59,092 nucleotides of DNA from Lysobacterales bacterium (GCA_011524975.1 WTJD01000029.1:1-59092), one strand, 5' to 3'; shown: positions 7,823-18,096, counted from the stretch's first letter. Translations and numbers: made by a program. The notes: generated by a model from the letters alone, not told the origin.

Positions 7823-8227
7823 CTAGCGCGACGTGGTAGCCACGCTTACGCTGGCCACACCCACCGCCTCGGCTGCGTCGAGAATGGTCACCAACGCGTC
7901 TGTTTCGGCATCGGGGTGAGCCGCCACGATGAGCGGTGATTCCGGCTTTTCAGCCTTTTCCCGTTCCAGGTTGGCCTGAACCGCCTTGCGTTCCAGCAAC
8001 CGCCCTTTCAGGGTGATATTGCCGCTGGAATCGATCTTGACCACGATCGGGCCCTTCTTCTGCTCCACCTGCTTGGGCGGCGTATTGGAGGGTCGTGAAA
8101 CCTCGAGGCCCTTCTCCTTGATAAAGGAGGTGGTCACGATAAAGAAGATCAGCATGATGAAAACGATGTCCAACATCGGCGTGATGTTGATTTCGGCTTC
8201 GTCTTCAGCTTTGTACTTTCTGCGCAT
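7823..8227 (-). CDS. exbD: ExbD/TolR-family biopolymer transport protein
   Basis: The 134-aa protein has EINITPMLDIVFIMLIFFIV, the typical ExbD N-terminal TM segment. Confidence 0.8.
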   Translation of the reverse strand: MRRKYKAEDEAEINITPMLDIVFIMLIFFIVTTSFIKEKGLEVSRPSNTPPKQVEQKKGPIVVKIDSSGNITLKGRLLERKAVQANLEREKAEKPESPLIVAAHPDAETDALVTILDAAEAVGVASVSVATTSR

Positions 8228-8431
8228 AATTCCCTATCTCTCTTTGCCGGCCACCGCGATCGGCCCGACCGGGCCGTCAGCTTACTCAAACACGGCACGA
8301 TGCGCCAGCCCCTGCATTATAGAACAGGCCATGGTCCGCGCCATGCTCACCGAACTTGAACAGGCAGGGGTTCGCCGCCATGATGGGCACCGGCCCGAAA
8401 TCGGCAGCTACCGGCAATAAGCAGCCGCCTT

Positions 8432-9151
8432 ATGCAGAAAATCATTCGCCAAAAGCTGAGCCTCGAACCAAAAAACGGTTACCTGCACTACCATGCCCGT
8501 CGTTACGCCTCCTTGCTGGCGAGCCTGGAGCAGCGCTACGAACCCGGGCAACGGGTGCTGGAGATTGGGCGCAGCCCGTTCAGCGCCATGGCGGCCGAAC
8601 ATCTGGGCGCCCATGTGGATACGCTGGGTTTCGGCGAGGAACATGAGACCCGTCACGGCAGGCACTGGTGCTTCGATCTGAACCACAGCACCCGCAAAAA
8701 GAAGTGGAGACCCGATCTGCCCGTGTACCAACACATTCTCTTCGCGGAAGTGGTGGAGCACCTGCTCGCACCACCGGCATCCGTGCTGCGATTCATACGC
8801 TCCCTAATGGATGATGCCGGCTGGCTTTACCTGCAAACCCCGAATGCGGCCGTGCTGCACAAGCGTCTGCAGTTACTCATGGGAAAGAACCCTTACCAGG
8901 AACTTCCGACCGACCATTCAAACCCCGGACATTTTCGGGAATACACGCGCTCTGAAATGCTGCGATTTGCCGCCCAGGCGGACTTCGTGGTGCGGGATTG
9001 TTCTTACGCGAACTACTTCGACTATCGTTACAGCGGTCACGTAGAGGGCCGTCCACCCCGGCCATTGTTTGGGGCCATCAACGGTTTCTACCGGCTCTGC
9101 CCAGGCGGCCTGAAACCGGGCATGATGTTCATACTGCAACCCGCGCGGTAA
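8432..9151 (+). CDS. Probable class I SAM-dependent methyltransferase
   Basis: It has the motif-I-like RVLEIGRSPFS and the later segments ILFAEVVEHL and WLYLQTPN. The glycine-rich loop is degenerate. Confidence 0.45.
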   Translation: MQKIIRQKLSLEPKNGYLHYHARRYASLLASLEQRYEPGQRVLEIGRSPFSAMAAEHLGAHVDTLGFGEEHETRHGRHWCFDLNHSTRKKKWRPDLPVYQHILFAEVVEHLLAPPASVLRFIRSLMDDAGWLYLQTPNAAVLHKRLQLLMGKNPYQELPTDHSNPGHFREYTRSEMLRFAAQADFVVRDCSYANYFDYRYSGHVEGRPPRPLFGAINGFYRLCPGGLKPGMMFILQPAR

Positions 9152-9172
9152 CGACCCGCTGCCGAGCCGGCG

Positions 9173-11005
9173 TCACTCCACTGTGACCGACTTGGCCAGG
9201 TTGCGCGGTTGGTCGACATCGGTGCCACGTTGGACGGCCGCATGGTAGGCAAGCAGCTGCAACGGCAAGGTCAGCACCACGGGCGCCAGCAACTCGCCAC
9301 CCGTATCCAACTTAACCAGCCGGCCATGCCGCGGGCCGAATCGTGACTCCGTTTCCGTATCGGCGATCACCAGCAGCTGGCCGCCCCGCGCATGAACCTC
9401 CTCGATATTGGAGATCAGCTTCTCAAGCAGCGGGTTGTTGGGCGCCACCGCAATAACCGGCATTTCGGAATCCACCAGCGCCAAAGGCCCGTGTTTGAGC
9501 TCGCCGGCAGGATAAGCCTCTGCGTGGATATAGGAAATCTCTTTCAGCTTCAGCGCGCCTTCCATGGCGATGGGGTAATGACTGCCACGGCCAAGGAACA
9601 GGGCATGGTGCTTGTCGACAAACGCCTCGGACAGCTGCTTGAACGTGGCGTCCAGGCTCAGCGCCTGGTTCAGCAGGTCAGGCAAGTGATTCAAATCAGC
9701 GACAAATCCGGCATACCGATCTGCATCCATCCCATTCAGCCGCGCCAGCTCGAGCACCAGTAGCTGAAGCGACACCAGCTGGGTGGTAAAGGCTTTGGTC
9801 GATGCAACGCCAATCTCAGGGCCCGCACGCGTCATGAGAACGAGATCCGCCTCCCTCACCACGGAACTGGCTGGCACGTTGCAGATGGCCAGTGTCGTGA
9901 GGTAGCCCGACTGCCTGGCATGTCGAAGCGCGGCCAGCGTATCTGCTGTCTCACCCGACTGGGATATGGTGACGAACAGGGTGCCTTCGGGCACCACAGG
10001 GTCGCGGTATCGGTACTCGCTGGCCACCTCCGTTGTGCAGGGTATGCCGGCCAGCTGTTCAAGCAGGTATCTCGCCACGAGGCCCGCGTGAAAACTGGTG
10101 CCACAGGCAACAATATGCACATGGCGCACTTGGGACAGAAGCTCCTCGGCGCCGACGCCGAAAATGTTCGGCAATATCCGACGGGCGCTGATGCGGCCTT
10201 CCAGGGTCTCGGCGACCGCCGTGGGCTGTTCGAAAATCTCTTTCAGCATGTAGTGCCGGAAATCACCGCGCTGCACGGCATCGGCATTGATCTCCGCCTC
10301 CACCTCCGGCCGGTCCACCCGCGACCGTGCCGCGTCATGAATGACATATCCGCTGGTATTGAGGGCGACGACATCGCCCTCTTCCAGATATATGAAACGC
10401 TGCGTGATAGGCAGTAAAGGGAAAATATCCGAAGCCAGGAAATGCTCACCCTCACCCAGGCCCAGCACCAGTGGGCTGCCCTGGCGCGCGCCGACCACCA
10501 CGCCCGGCTCGGCGGCACTGACCACTGCAATGGCGTAAGCGCCCTCCAGCCTGTCTACGGCGATCTGCACCGACTGCAGCAGGTCATGGCCCTGCTCCAT
10601 GATGCCGGCAATCAGATGCGCCATAACCTCGGTGTCGGTTTCAGAGGTGAACTCGGTGCCGGATTGCTCCAGCTCCTGGCGCAAATCCTCATGGTTTTCG
10701 ATGATGCCATTGTGCACCAGCGCCACGCGGTCGCCCGAGGCCATGGGATGCGCATTGCGCTCACTGGGAACGCCGTGCGTGGCCCAGCGCGTGTGCGCGA
10801 TGCCGCAGTGCCCGGCCACCGGCTGAGCCTCCAGCAGCTGGTCCAGCTGGGAAACTTTGCCCTCCGTCCGTCGCCGCTCCAGCCCGCCACGGGCCTGCAG
10901 CGCGATGCCCGCCGAGTCATAACCCCGATACTCCAGCGAATGCAGACCCGACATCAGGATCTCAACAATGTCTCGCTCAGCGCTGGCGGCTACGATTCCA
11001 CACAT
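9173..11005 (-). CDS. glmS: Glutamine--fructose-6-phosphate aminotransferase
   Basis: 610 aa. The MCGIVAA N-terminal nucleophile, two SIS domains and the C-terminal NLAKSVTVE are present. Confidence 0.97.
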   Translation of the reverse strand: MCGIVAASAERDIVEILMSGLHSLEYRGYDSAGIALQARGGLERRRTEGKVSQLDQLLEAQPVAGHCGIAHTRWATHGVPSERNAHPMASGDRVALVHNGIIENHEDLRQELEQSGTEFTSETDTEVMAHLIAGIMEQGHDLLQSVQIAVDRLEGAYAIAVVSAAEPGVVVGARQGSPLVLGLGEGEHFLASDIFPLLPITQRFIYLEEGDVVALNTSGYVIHDAARSRVDRPEVEAEINADAVQRGDFRHYMLKEIFEQPTAVAETLEGRISARRILPNIFGVGAEELLSQVRHVHIVACGTSFHAGLVARYLLEQLAGIPCTTEVASEYRYRDPVVPEGTLFVTISQSGETADTLAALRHARQSGYLTTLAICNVPASSVVREADLVLMTRAGPEIGVASTKAFTTQLVSLQLLVLELARLNGMDADRYAGFVADLNHLPDLLNQALSLDATFKQLSEAFVDKHHALFLGRGSHYPIAMEGALKLKEISYIHAEAYPAGELKHGPLALVDSEMPVIAVAPNNPLLEKLISNIEEVHARGGQLLVIADTETESRFGPRHGRLVKLDTGGELLAPVVLTLPLQLLAYHAAVQRGTDVDQPRNLAKSVTVE

Positions 11006-11011
11006 AACCCA

Positions 11012-12370
11012 TCAGTCCTTTTTTGTCGGCCGTTTCCATTGGGGGATCGTGACCTGCTTGCTGCGGCTCAGGGTCAGCTGACCGGCGGGAACATCCCGCG
11101 TAATGGTCGAACCGGCGCCGATATCCGCGCCCTGCCCAACGGTGACGGGCGCGACCAATTGCGTATCCGAGCCGATGAAAACATCGTCTTCGATAATCGT
11201 CTGGTGCTTATTCACACCATCGTAATTACAGGTGATCGTACCGGCCCCGATGTTCACCCCATCCCCGATGGTCGCGTCACCCAGGTAACTCAGATGACTG
11301 GCCTTGGTCCCGTCTCCCAGGCGCGCGTTCTTGGTCTCGACGAAATTGCCGACCTTGGCGCCTTCACCCAGCTGCGTACCCGGCCGCAATCGGGCGAATG
11401 GGCCAATCTGGCAAGCGCCCGTCGTTGTCACGCCTTCCAGCACGCTGTTGGCATGCACCTGCGTGCCCGGCGCGAGCTCACAGTCTGTCAGGACGCAACC
11501 GGGTCCGACAGACACACCCTCGCCCAGGCGGACGCGACCTTCCAATACGACATTGACGTCGACCCAGGCATCGCTCGCCCCATCGACATCACCTCGGATA
11601 TCCACCCGGTTCGGGTCCACGATCCGGACGCCGGCGCGCATCAACCGCTCGGCCTCCGAGACCTGGAATCTCCGCTCGAGCGCCGCCAGCTGCACCTGAT
11701 CGTTGGCCCCGGCCAGCTCCCAGGCGCGCTCGGCGGTCACGCTGCCCACGCCCACCTGGTCGGCGGCCGCCATCTCGAAAATATCGGTCAGGTAATACTC
11801 GCCCTGGCTGTTGCCCTGCTCCAGGCGCCCCAGCCAACCCACTAAAGGGCCTGCTTGGGCCACCAGTACGCCCGTGTTGACTTCCTGGGTCAACCGCTGG
11901 TCGGGCGTGGCATCACGTTCTTCGACGATGCTCTGAATGCTGCCCTCAGCTCCCCTGACGATGCGTCCATAACCGGTGGGATCCCCGAGCGTCATGGTCA
12001 GCGCGCGCAAGGGCTCATCACCCGCCAACAACGGTCTCAGGGTTGCAGCGCGAATCAACGGTATATCGCCATACAGGACCAGCACCCGGGCATCGGGCGG
12101 GATACCCGGCATCGCTTGCTGAACTGCGTGCCCGGTGCCCAGGCGTTGCTCCTGAGGCACCCACACCACATCGAAATCGGCACAGGCATCGCGCACTTCG
12201 GGCGCCGCTGGATTGAACACGACGTGCATGCCTTCCGGCCCCAGCGCGCAGGCTGTGTTCAACACACGTCGGAGCATGGGCTGCCCGCCCACGGTGTGCA
12301 ATACCTTGGGCAGGCGTGACTTCATGCGGGTTCCGTCACCGGCTGCGAGTATTATGATATGCAACGCCAT
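11012..12370 (-). CDS. glmU: Bifunctional UDP-GlcNAc pyrophosphorylase / GlcN-1-P acetyltransferase
   Basis: It has HIIILAAGDGTRMKSRLPKVLH and C-terminal hexapeptide repeats. I trimmed the start to MALHIIILAAG; the track ORF starts at 12403. Confidence 0.95.
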   Translation of the reverse strand: MALHIIILAAGDGTRMKSRLPKVLHTVGGQPMLRRVLNTACALGPEGMHVVFNPAAPEVRDACADFDVVWVPQEQRLGTGHAVQQAMPGIPPDARVLVLYGDIPLIRAATLRPLLAGDEPLRALTMTLGDPTGYGRIVRGAEGSIQSIVEERDATPDQRLTQEVNTGVLVAQAGPLVGWLGRLEQGNSQGEYYLTDIFEMAAADQVGVGSVTAERAWELAGANDQVQLAALERRFQVSEAERLMRAGVRIVDPNRVDIRGDVDGASDAWVDVNVVLEGRVRLGEGVSVGPGCVLTDCELAPGTQVHANSVLEGVTTTGACQIGPFARLRPGTQLGEGAKVGNFVETKNARLGDGTKASHLSYLGDATIGDGVNIGAGTITCNYDGVNKHQTIIEDDVFIGSDTQLVAPVTVGQGADIGAGSTITRDVPAGQLTLSRSKQVTIPQWKRPTKKD

Positions 12371-12491
12371 GAGCGAAAATGTCCTGCAAACAATTCGGTT
12401 CAACAGTATAGCGGCAAGCCCTGACCCGCTCTATCGAATACAGGCGGTCAATCATGGCTTTTCCAGGGCGTTAATCCATGGCTGAAGGGCC

Positions 12492-14528
12492 ATGAGATGC
12501 CGTTCCATCGCCCTGTTGCTCGCGGGGCTGCTCGTCATTCCGCTGCCGGACTCCACGCTCGCGGCCGACCCCACCCGGCAATTACTCAACGATGGGCAGG
12601 TTGTGCTGGAAGGAGCACCACCGATACCGCCCAGGCTGGCCGAGGAGCTGGGGCGATTCCAGGATACGCGCACCAGCCTGTTCGCGGATTTCATGGGGGC
12701 CGGAGACGACGTGCTGATCAGAACCCGGTTCGAGGGCGTCAACCAGCTCTACCGGGTGGAAGCGCCCGGCGGCGAGCGGCGCAGACTCACCACCACGCGG
12801 GAGGCCATTGGTGAAGTCGAGCGCCGGCCCGGCGCTGAACAAGTGGCTTTCACCATGAGTGATGGCGGCGATGGCTTTGACCAGATCTATCTGCTGGACC
12901 CGGCAGTCGGCGAGTCAAGACTGCTGACCGACGGCCAGTCGCTCAACAATCGCATGGTTTGGGACGCGACGGGAAAGCGCCTGGCCTGGAGGTCAACCCG
13001 CCGCAACGGGCGACACAACGACATATGGCTCATGGAGGCCAACGACCCGGGCACAGCGCGGATGGTGCTGGAGGCACCTGATGGCGCGTTGTGGAAGCCC
13101 GTCTCTTTCAGCCGAGACGGCCAACTGCTATTGATCCAGTATTACGCCGGCATTACCGACTCCAGGATTTACCTGCTCGACCTGGCCGCCGGCAGCTATC
13201 GGCTGCTGGCGGGCGGCCTCGAGGCGCCTTCGGCCAATATCGCCACCGGTTTTGACCATGAGGACACGGGGGTTCATTTCATCACCAATCGCCGCGACGG
13301 CGCCGCGGAAATAGGCTGGCTGCCGCTGGACGGCAGCGAGGAAGTGGCCTACATGCCTGAAAAGCTGATCTGGGATGTCACGGAGTTCGAGCTCAGCAGA
13401 GACGGCAAAAGAGGCGCTTTCGTGACCAACGAGGAAGGGGTCAGCCGGCTATACCTGTTCGACCCCCGCAAACAACGCTACCGGCGGGTCGAAAACACCC
13501 CCATGGGATCTATCAGCGGGCTTAAATACAGCGCGAATGGTCGCCGCCTGGGCATGACCATCTCTACCCCCAAGACGCCCAGCGACGTATTCATCCTTGA
13601 TCTTGGGCTGCGAACGCTCGGGTACCGGCGCTTGAAGCGATGGACACATGGCCAGATAGACAGCCTCGATCCAGAGCAGTTCGTGGAGCCGAAGCTGGCG
13701 CATTTTCCGGCACCGATGATTACCGCGGACAAAACGCTGATGATGCCCGTGTTCTACTATCGGCCCAAAGGGGTCAAGCCGCCTTTTCCGGTGATTATCC
13801 AGATTCACGGCGGCCCCGAGGGACAGTTTCGGCCGGTCTTCAACAGCACCCTGCAAATGTGGCTGGACCAACTGGGCGTGGCCGTCCTGGCGCCCAACGT
13901 GCGCGGCTCGATGGGCTACGGCTCGGCCTACCTGGCCATGGACGATGGACGCCTGCGGGAAAACGCGGTCCGGGACATCGGCGCCCTGTTGGACTGGATC
14001 AGCGAGCACCCTGACCTCGATGAGAATCGCGTTGCTGTCTATGGCGCCAGTTACGGCGGCTACATGGCGCTGGCCTCGGCGGTGCATTTTGGCGAACGGC
14101 TTCGGGCCGCGGTTGACCGTGCCGGCATCAGCAACTTCGTAACCTACCTTGAGAACACGCAGGGCTACCGTCGGGATTTGAGGCGCGCTGAATACGGGGA
14201 TGAACGCGACCCCGATATGCGGGCCTTTCTGCAGGGTATTTCACCCCTGAACAACGTCGAACGGATTTCGACGCCCATGTTCATCGCTCAGGGCAAAAAC
14301 GACCCCGTGGTACCGGAATCCGAATCCGAGCAAATGGTGCGCGCGCTGAGGGCGCACGGTCAGACCGTCTGGTACATGAACGCGCTGAATGAAGGGCACA
14401 ATTATCAACGCAAGGAAAATCGTGACCTGTTTGAGCAAGTCACTTTTCTCTTCCTCACCCATTACCTGCTTGAAGAGCAGCGGCAGGAACAGGCGAAGGC
14501 GCTACATCAGGCCAGTGAGCAGCAATGA
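12492..14528 (+). CDS. S9-family serine peptidase (prolyl oligopeptidase/dipeptidyl peptidase type) with an N-terminal beta-propeller
   Basis: It has a signal peptide, the GASYGGYM (GxSxGG nucleophile) motif, and the C-terminal segments GKNDPVVP and NEGH. Confidence 0.85.
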   Translation: MRCRSIALLLAGLLVIPLPDSTLAADPTRQLLNDGQVVLEGAPPIPPRLAEELGRFQDTRTSLFADFMGAGDDVLIRTRFEGVNQLYRVEAPGGERRRLTTTREAIGEVERRPGAEQVAFTMSDGGDGFDQIYLLDPAVGESRLLTDGQSLNNRMVWDATGKRLAWRSTRRNGRHNDIWLMEANDPGTARMVLEAPDGALWKPVSFSRDGQLLLIQYYAGITDSRIYLLDLAAGSYRLLAGGLEAPSANIATGFDHEDTGVHFITNRRDGAAEIGWLPLDGSEEVAYMPEKLIWDVTEFELSRDGKRGAFVTNEEGVSRLYLFDPRKQRYRRVENTPMGSISGLKYSANGRRLGMTISTPKTPSDVFILDLGLRTLGYRRLKRWTHGQIDSLDPEQFVEPKLAHFPAPMITADKTLMMPVFYYRPKGVKPPFPVIIQIHGGPEGQFRPVFNSTLQMWLDQLGVAVLAPNVRGSMGYGSAYLAMDDGRLRENAVRDIGALLDWISEHPDLDENRVAVYGASYGGYMALASAVHFGERLRAAVDRAGISNFVTYLENTQGYRRDLRRAEYGDERDPDMRAFLQGISPLNNVERISTPMFIAQGKNDPVVPESESEQMVRALRAHGQTVWYMNALNEGHNYQRKENRDLFEQVTFLFLTHYLLEEQRQEQAKALHQASEQQ

Positions 14529-15776
14529 AACCGCGGGCACGTAAGTCACGATGATCAGCACGCTCAGCAGGATCATCAGCCAAGGCAGAGCCGCGACGAT
14601 CACTTGCTCGATGCTCATTTTGGCCACGCCTGAGGTCACGAACAGGTTCAGCCCGACTGGCGGCGTGACCATGCCGATTTCCAGGTTCACCACCATAATG
14701 ATGCCGAGGTGAACGGGGTCGATGCCCATGCTCATTGCGATCGGAAAAACAATGGGCGCAAGAATCAGGATGACCGAAGATGGCTCCATGAAATTACCGG
14801 CGATCAGCAACAGGACATTGACCACCAGCAGGAAGCCCCAGGGGGGCAACCCCAGGTCGATGATCGCCCGCGAGGCCATTTGAGGCACCTGCTCGGTGGT
14901 CAGCACGAAGGCAAACAAATACGCATTGGCGATGATAAACATCAGCATCGCAGTGACCTTGGCGCTCTGAACCAACGCGCCGGGCACCTCTTTCCAGCCG
15001 ATATCGCGATGGATGTACAAAGCCACCAACAAGGCATACACCGCTGATACCGCGGCGGCCTCTGTGGGGGTGAACGCGCCCGAGTAGATACCGCCCATGA
15101 TGATGACCACCAGCGCCATGCCCCAGATGGCCCGCCGCCCGGTCGTAAAAATGCGGCCCCAGCCCCGCCATGGCTGCCGCGGGATCTTTCGCTTCCGGGC
15201 AATGAGGTAGATCGCAACGATCATCACAAAGGTCAGCAGAAGCCCGGGAAGAATCCCCGCAATGAACAACTTGCCGATCGATGTCTCGGTGGCGGCCCCG
15301 TACACCACCAGCACGATGGAGGGGGGAATCAGGATGCCGAGCGTCCCGGCATTACAAATCACGCCCGAGGCGAATTTCTTGGTGTAACCCAGGTTGATCA
15401 TGCCGGCGATGACGATGCTGCCAATGGCGACCACGGTGGCCGGAGAAGAGCCCGACACCGCGGCGAACAGCATGCAGGCCAGCACCGAGGCCATCGCCAG
15501 GCCTCCGTGCATATGCCCAACGCAGGCATCGGCGAAATCGATCATCCTGCGCGCGACACCACCGCTGGTCATCAAGGTTCCGGCCAGGATGAAAAAAGGA
15601 ATCGCCAGCAGGGGATAGACCTGCATGGTGTGGAAAAAGCGCAATGCCAGTGACAACAAGGACTGATCCGCGAAAACCATCAGGGTCACGATGCTGGCGA
15701 AGCCCAGAGAGACCGCGATCGGCACCCCGAGCAGCAGGCATACAAACAGCATCGCCAGGAGAAACAACCCGCTCAT
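14502..15776 (-). CDS. dctM: TRAP transporter large permease
   Basis: This 424-aa polytopic protein is DctM-like and overlaps dctQ by 4 nt. Confidence 0.9.
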   Translation of the reverse strand: MSGLFLLAMLFVCLLLGVPIAVSLGFASIVTLMVFADQSLLSLALRFFHTMQVYPLLAIPFFILAGTLMTSGGVARRMIDFADACVGHMHGGLAMASVLACMLFAAVSGSSPATVVAIGSIVIAGMINLGYTKKFASGVICNAGTLGILIPPSIVLVVYGAATETSIGKLFIAGILPGLLLTFVMIVAIYLIARKRKIPRQPWRGWGRIFTTGRRAIWGMALVVIIMGGIYSGAFTPTEAAAVSAVYALLVALYIHRDIGWKEVPGALVQSAKVTAMLMFIIANAYLFAFVLTTEQVPQMASRAIIDLGLPPWGFLLVVNVLLLIAGNFMEPSSVILILAPIVFPIAMSMGIDPVHLGIIMVVNLEIGMVTPPVGLNLFVTSGVAKMSIEQVIVAALPWLMILLSVLIIVTYVPAVSLLLTGLM

Positions 15777-16327
15777 GGCTCTTTTTCTCGGTTTGGAATC
15801 TCAATATCCATCGCTGCCGGCGTCTCTTGCTGGCCGAACCTCAGCCGATCGATGTCGCCCGAGATGAACATCCAGCCCAGCTGCATAAACCGGAACGCCA
15901 GCAAACCAAACCCGATGGGGATCATACTGGTCAGCACCCAGCGTTTTATGGGCAGATCCCTCGCCTCATTGCCGAGATCAATCAGTCGCCAAACCAGCAC
16001 GCTGCCCCCGTAGAGCATCAATAGCGCGTAGGCGACACAAATCACCAGGGCCGCCAGGGTGGCCACCTTCAGCGCGCGGCCCTGCAACCGGCTCATCACC
16101 AGGTCCACGGCAATATGGCTGCGCGTGCGCACGCCGTAGGCCATGCCCAGCAGGACCAGCCACGCAAAACTGTAGGTAGTGGCCTCCAGCGACCAGATCA
16201 GGCCCGTGTTGAAGCCATAGCGCAGTAAGACCTGGATCGCGGTCAGCAGGGTCATGAACGCCAGGAAGGTCGCCATCAGACCCTCTTCCAGGTGGTTCAC
16301 CCAATCGCGTTTTCGCCGCGTGTTCAT
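15773..16327 (-). CDS. dctQ: TRAP transporter small permease
   Basis: The 184-aa protein has 4 TM helices and sits between dctP and dctM. Confidence 0.85.
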   Translation of the reverse strand: MNTRRKRDWVNHLEEGLMATFLAFMTLLTAIQVLLRYGFNTGLIWSLEATTYSFAWLVLLGMAYGVRTRSHIAVDLVMSRLQGRALKVATLAALVICVAYALLMLYGGSVLVWRLIDLGNEARDLPIKRWVLTSMIPIGFGLLAFRFMQLGWMFISGDIDRLRFGQQETPAAMDIEIPNREKEP

Positions 16328-16330
16328 GCT

Positions 16331-17326
16331 TCAGTCGCTGCGCCCGGCCGGCGTCGCAGCCATGATCTCGGGGCCAATCTCCCCGGCAAACGCTTCCCAG
16401 ACCGGCCGCATGGCCGCACGCCAGGCGGCCAGGTCCTCAACCGAGGGCTGTATGATCTGCGACTTTCCCGCTGCCAGAATCCTGGCCCGGTCCTGCGCGT
16501 TGAGTGTGGTGGAATTGGCGTTTACCTCGGCGGTGACCTCGGCAATGATCGCTTCCAGCGCTTCGCGGATATCCTCGGGCAGGCGCTTCCAGTACCCCGG
16601 ATTGACCACGACCAGGTAGCCCAGGTAGCCGTGGTTGCTCTCGGTATAAAAAGGCTGAACTTCGAAAAACTTTTGTGAATAGTTATTCGACCAGGTGTTT
16701 TCCTGCGCGTCGATGGCGCCGGTCTGCAGCGCCTGGTAGACCTCGCTGAATGCCATTTTCTGGGGATTGGCGCCCATGGCCAGGATCTGCGCCTCCAGCA
16801 CATCAGACTCCATGATCCGGAATTTCATCCCCGCGGCATCCTCCGGCCGCCTCATGGGCCTCGGGCCTCCAAACTGCTTCATCCCGTTGTGCCAATAGGC
16901 CACGCCGAGAAAGCCTTTGTGCGACAGTTCACCCAACAATTCCTGCCCGACCGGGCTTTGCTGAAACGTTTCCACCTCTTCCAGGTCAGCAAACAGGAAT
17001 GGCAGGTCAAACACCTGGAACTTTCTGGTCAGGCGGTCGAACTTTGACAGTGATGGCGCGATCATCTGCACTTCACCAAAGGCCAGCATCTCGATGGCAT
17101 CATCCTCGTTCATCAGCTGACCCGACGGGTACACTTCCATCACCACGCGGTCACCCAGGCGCTCCTCGATCAATGCCCGCAGGCGTTCCGCGCCCTGTCC
17201 TTTGGGTGTGCCCGGCGCAACCACATGCGGAAATTTGAGCACGATGCGCCCGTCGCCATCGCCGCCACAGCCGGCCAACAGCCATACGAGGGTCAAAAGG
17301 GTGAGCGCATGACGGAACGAAAACAC
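16331..17326 (-). CDS. dctP: TRAP transporter substrate-binding protein (lipoprotein)
   Basis: The body is DctP-like. I trimmed the start to GTG 17326 (VFSFRHALTLLTLVWLLAGC lipobox), 8 nt after the carbonic anhydrase stop. The track start at 17413 would overlap that gene by 80 nt. Confidence 0.85.
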   Translation of the reverse strand: MFSFRHALTLLTLVWLLAGCGGDGDGRIVLKFPHVVAPGTPKGQGAERLRALIEERLGDRVVMEVYPSGQLMNEDDAIEMLAFGEVQMIAPSLSKFDRLTRKFQVFDLPFLFADLEEVETFQQSPVGQELLGELSHKGFLGVAYWHNGMKQFGGPRPMRRPEDAAGMKFRIMESDVLEAQILAMGANPQKMAFSEVYQALQTGAIDAQENTWSNNYSQKFFEVQPFYTESNHGYLGYLVVVNPGYWKRLPEDIREALEAIIAEVTAEVNANSTTLNAQDRARILAAGKSQIIQPSVEDLAAWRAAMRPVWEAFAGEIGPEIMAATPAGRSD

Positions 17327-17333
17327 GCGCGCT

Positions 17334-17972
17334 TCACTCCGGGTGCAGTGCCGGACCCGTGGAACTGCCCGGCGCGTGATCGAAGAAATGGACGACCCCC
17401 GTTTCCAGGTCATATTCGGCGCCCACGATCACCAGTCCGTCCTCATGCGTCAAGCGCGACAGGATGTCTGATCCTTTTCGCAGCCGCCTCACCGAGGCAT
17501 CGATATTGGCCCTGACTGCGCGGCCTTCCAGAACTTCTCGCTCCAGCCCCGATTCTGCCATCAAGGGCTCGACAGACGGCTTGATCCAGTTGACGATGGA
17601 TCGAAGGTTGGGGGAACGCAGACGTTCACTTTTTGCCAACTGCTCCAGTGTCGCGGCCACGGCGCCGCATCGGGTGTGGCCCAGTACGACCACCAGGCGG
17701 GTGCCAAATTGCTCCGCGGCAAACTCGACGCTACCGATCTGCGTTGGCTCAACAATGTTGCCCGCGACGCGAATAACGAATAAATCCCCGAGACCCTGGT
17801 CGAAAACCAGCTCGGCCGGCACACGTGAATCAGAGCAGCCAAGCACGATGGCAAAGGGTGATTGTGCATCCGCCAACGCCTCGGGTGACACGGACTTGCG
17901 ATCTGACCGCCCCTCCACGAAACGGCGATTACCCTGCTTGAGGCGCTCGATGGCGGTTTTTGCATCGATCAT
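17334..17972 (-). CDS. Beta-class carbonic anhydrase
   Basis: It has the zinc-ligand motifs CSDSRVP and LGHTRCGAV. Confidence 0.9.
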   Translation of the reverse strand: MIDAKTAIERLKQGNRRFVEGRSDRKSVSPEALADAQSPFAIVLGCSDSRVPAELVFDQGLGDLFVIRVAGNIVEPTQIGSVEFAAEQFGTRLVVVLGHTRCGAVAATLEQLAKSERLRSPNLRSIVNWIKPSVEPLMAESGLEREVLEGRAVRANIDASVRRLRKGSDILSRLTHEDGLVIVGAEYDLETGVVHFFDHAPGSSTGPALHPE

Positions 17973-18096
17973 GCTGTTCTCTTTCTCATATTATTTGTGT
18001 CACCGGAGCCAACTGCGCCGGCAGGTGCCAGGCGAAAGATCTTACTTCGGGCTGCTCTGCGGCCCGGCGCGGAGCCCGCTGCCCTGCGTCATTCTA

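Noticed and set aside
11006-11011. A glmS ribozyme/riboswitch might lie upstream of glmS.
   Set aside because: Only 6 nt separate glmU from glmS, and the glmS ribozyme is a Gram-positive feature. No space or structure for it exists here.
10442-11845. A 467-aa plus-strand ORF spans the glmS/glmU region.
   Set aside because: It lies antisense to two unambiguous housekeeping genes. Its Arg/Gly/Ala/His-rich, low-complexity composition is typical of shadow ORFs in high-GC DNA. The same reasoning applies to 19440-20675(-), 31055-32011(+), 37050-38057(-), 38414-39199(-), 43166-43771(-), 46288-46911(+), 47671-48381(+), 51398-52261(+) and 53315-53944(-).
14502-14528. The S9 peptidase and dctM 3' ends overlap by 27 nt in convergent orientation.
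   Set aside because: The overlap is real in the sequence, but such convergent overlaps are unremarkable. No hairpin or regulatory signal is evident.
17327-17413. The track ORF gives DctP a long N-terminal extension.
   Set aside because: The extension would overlap the carbonic anhydrase coding region by 80 nt. A GTG start at 17326 yields a clean lipoprotein signal.
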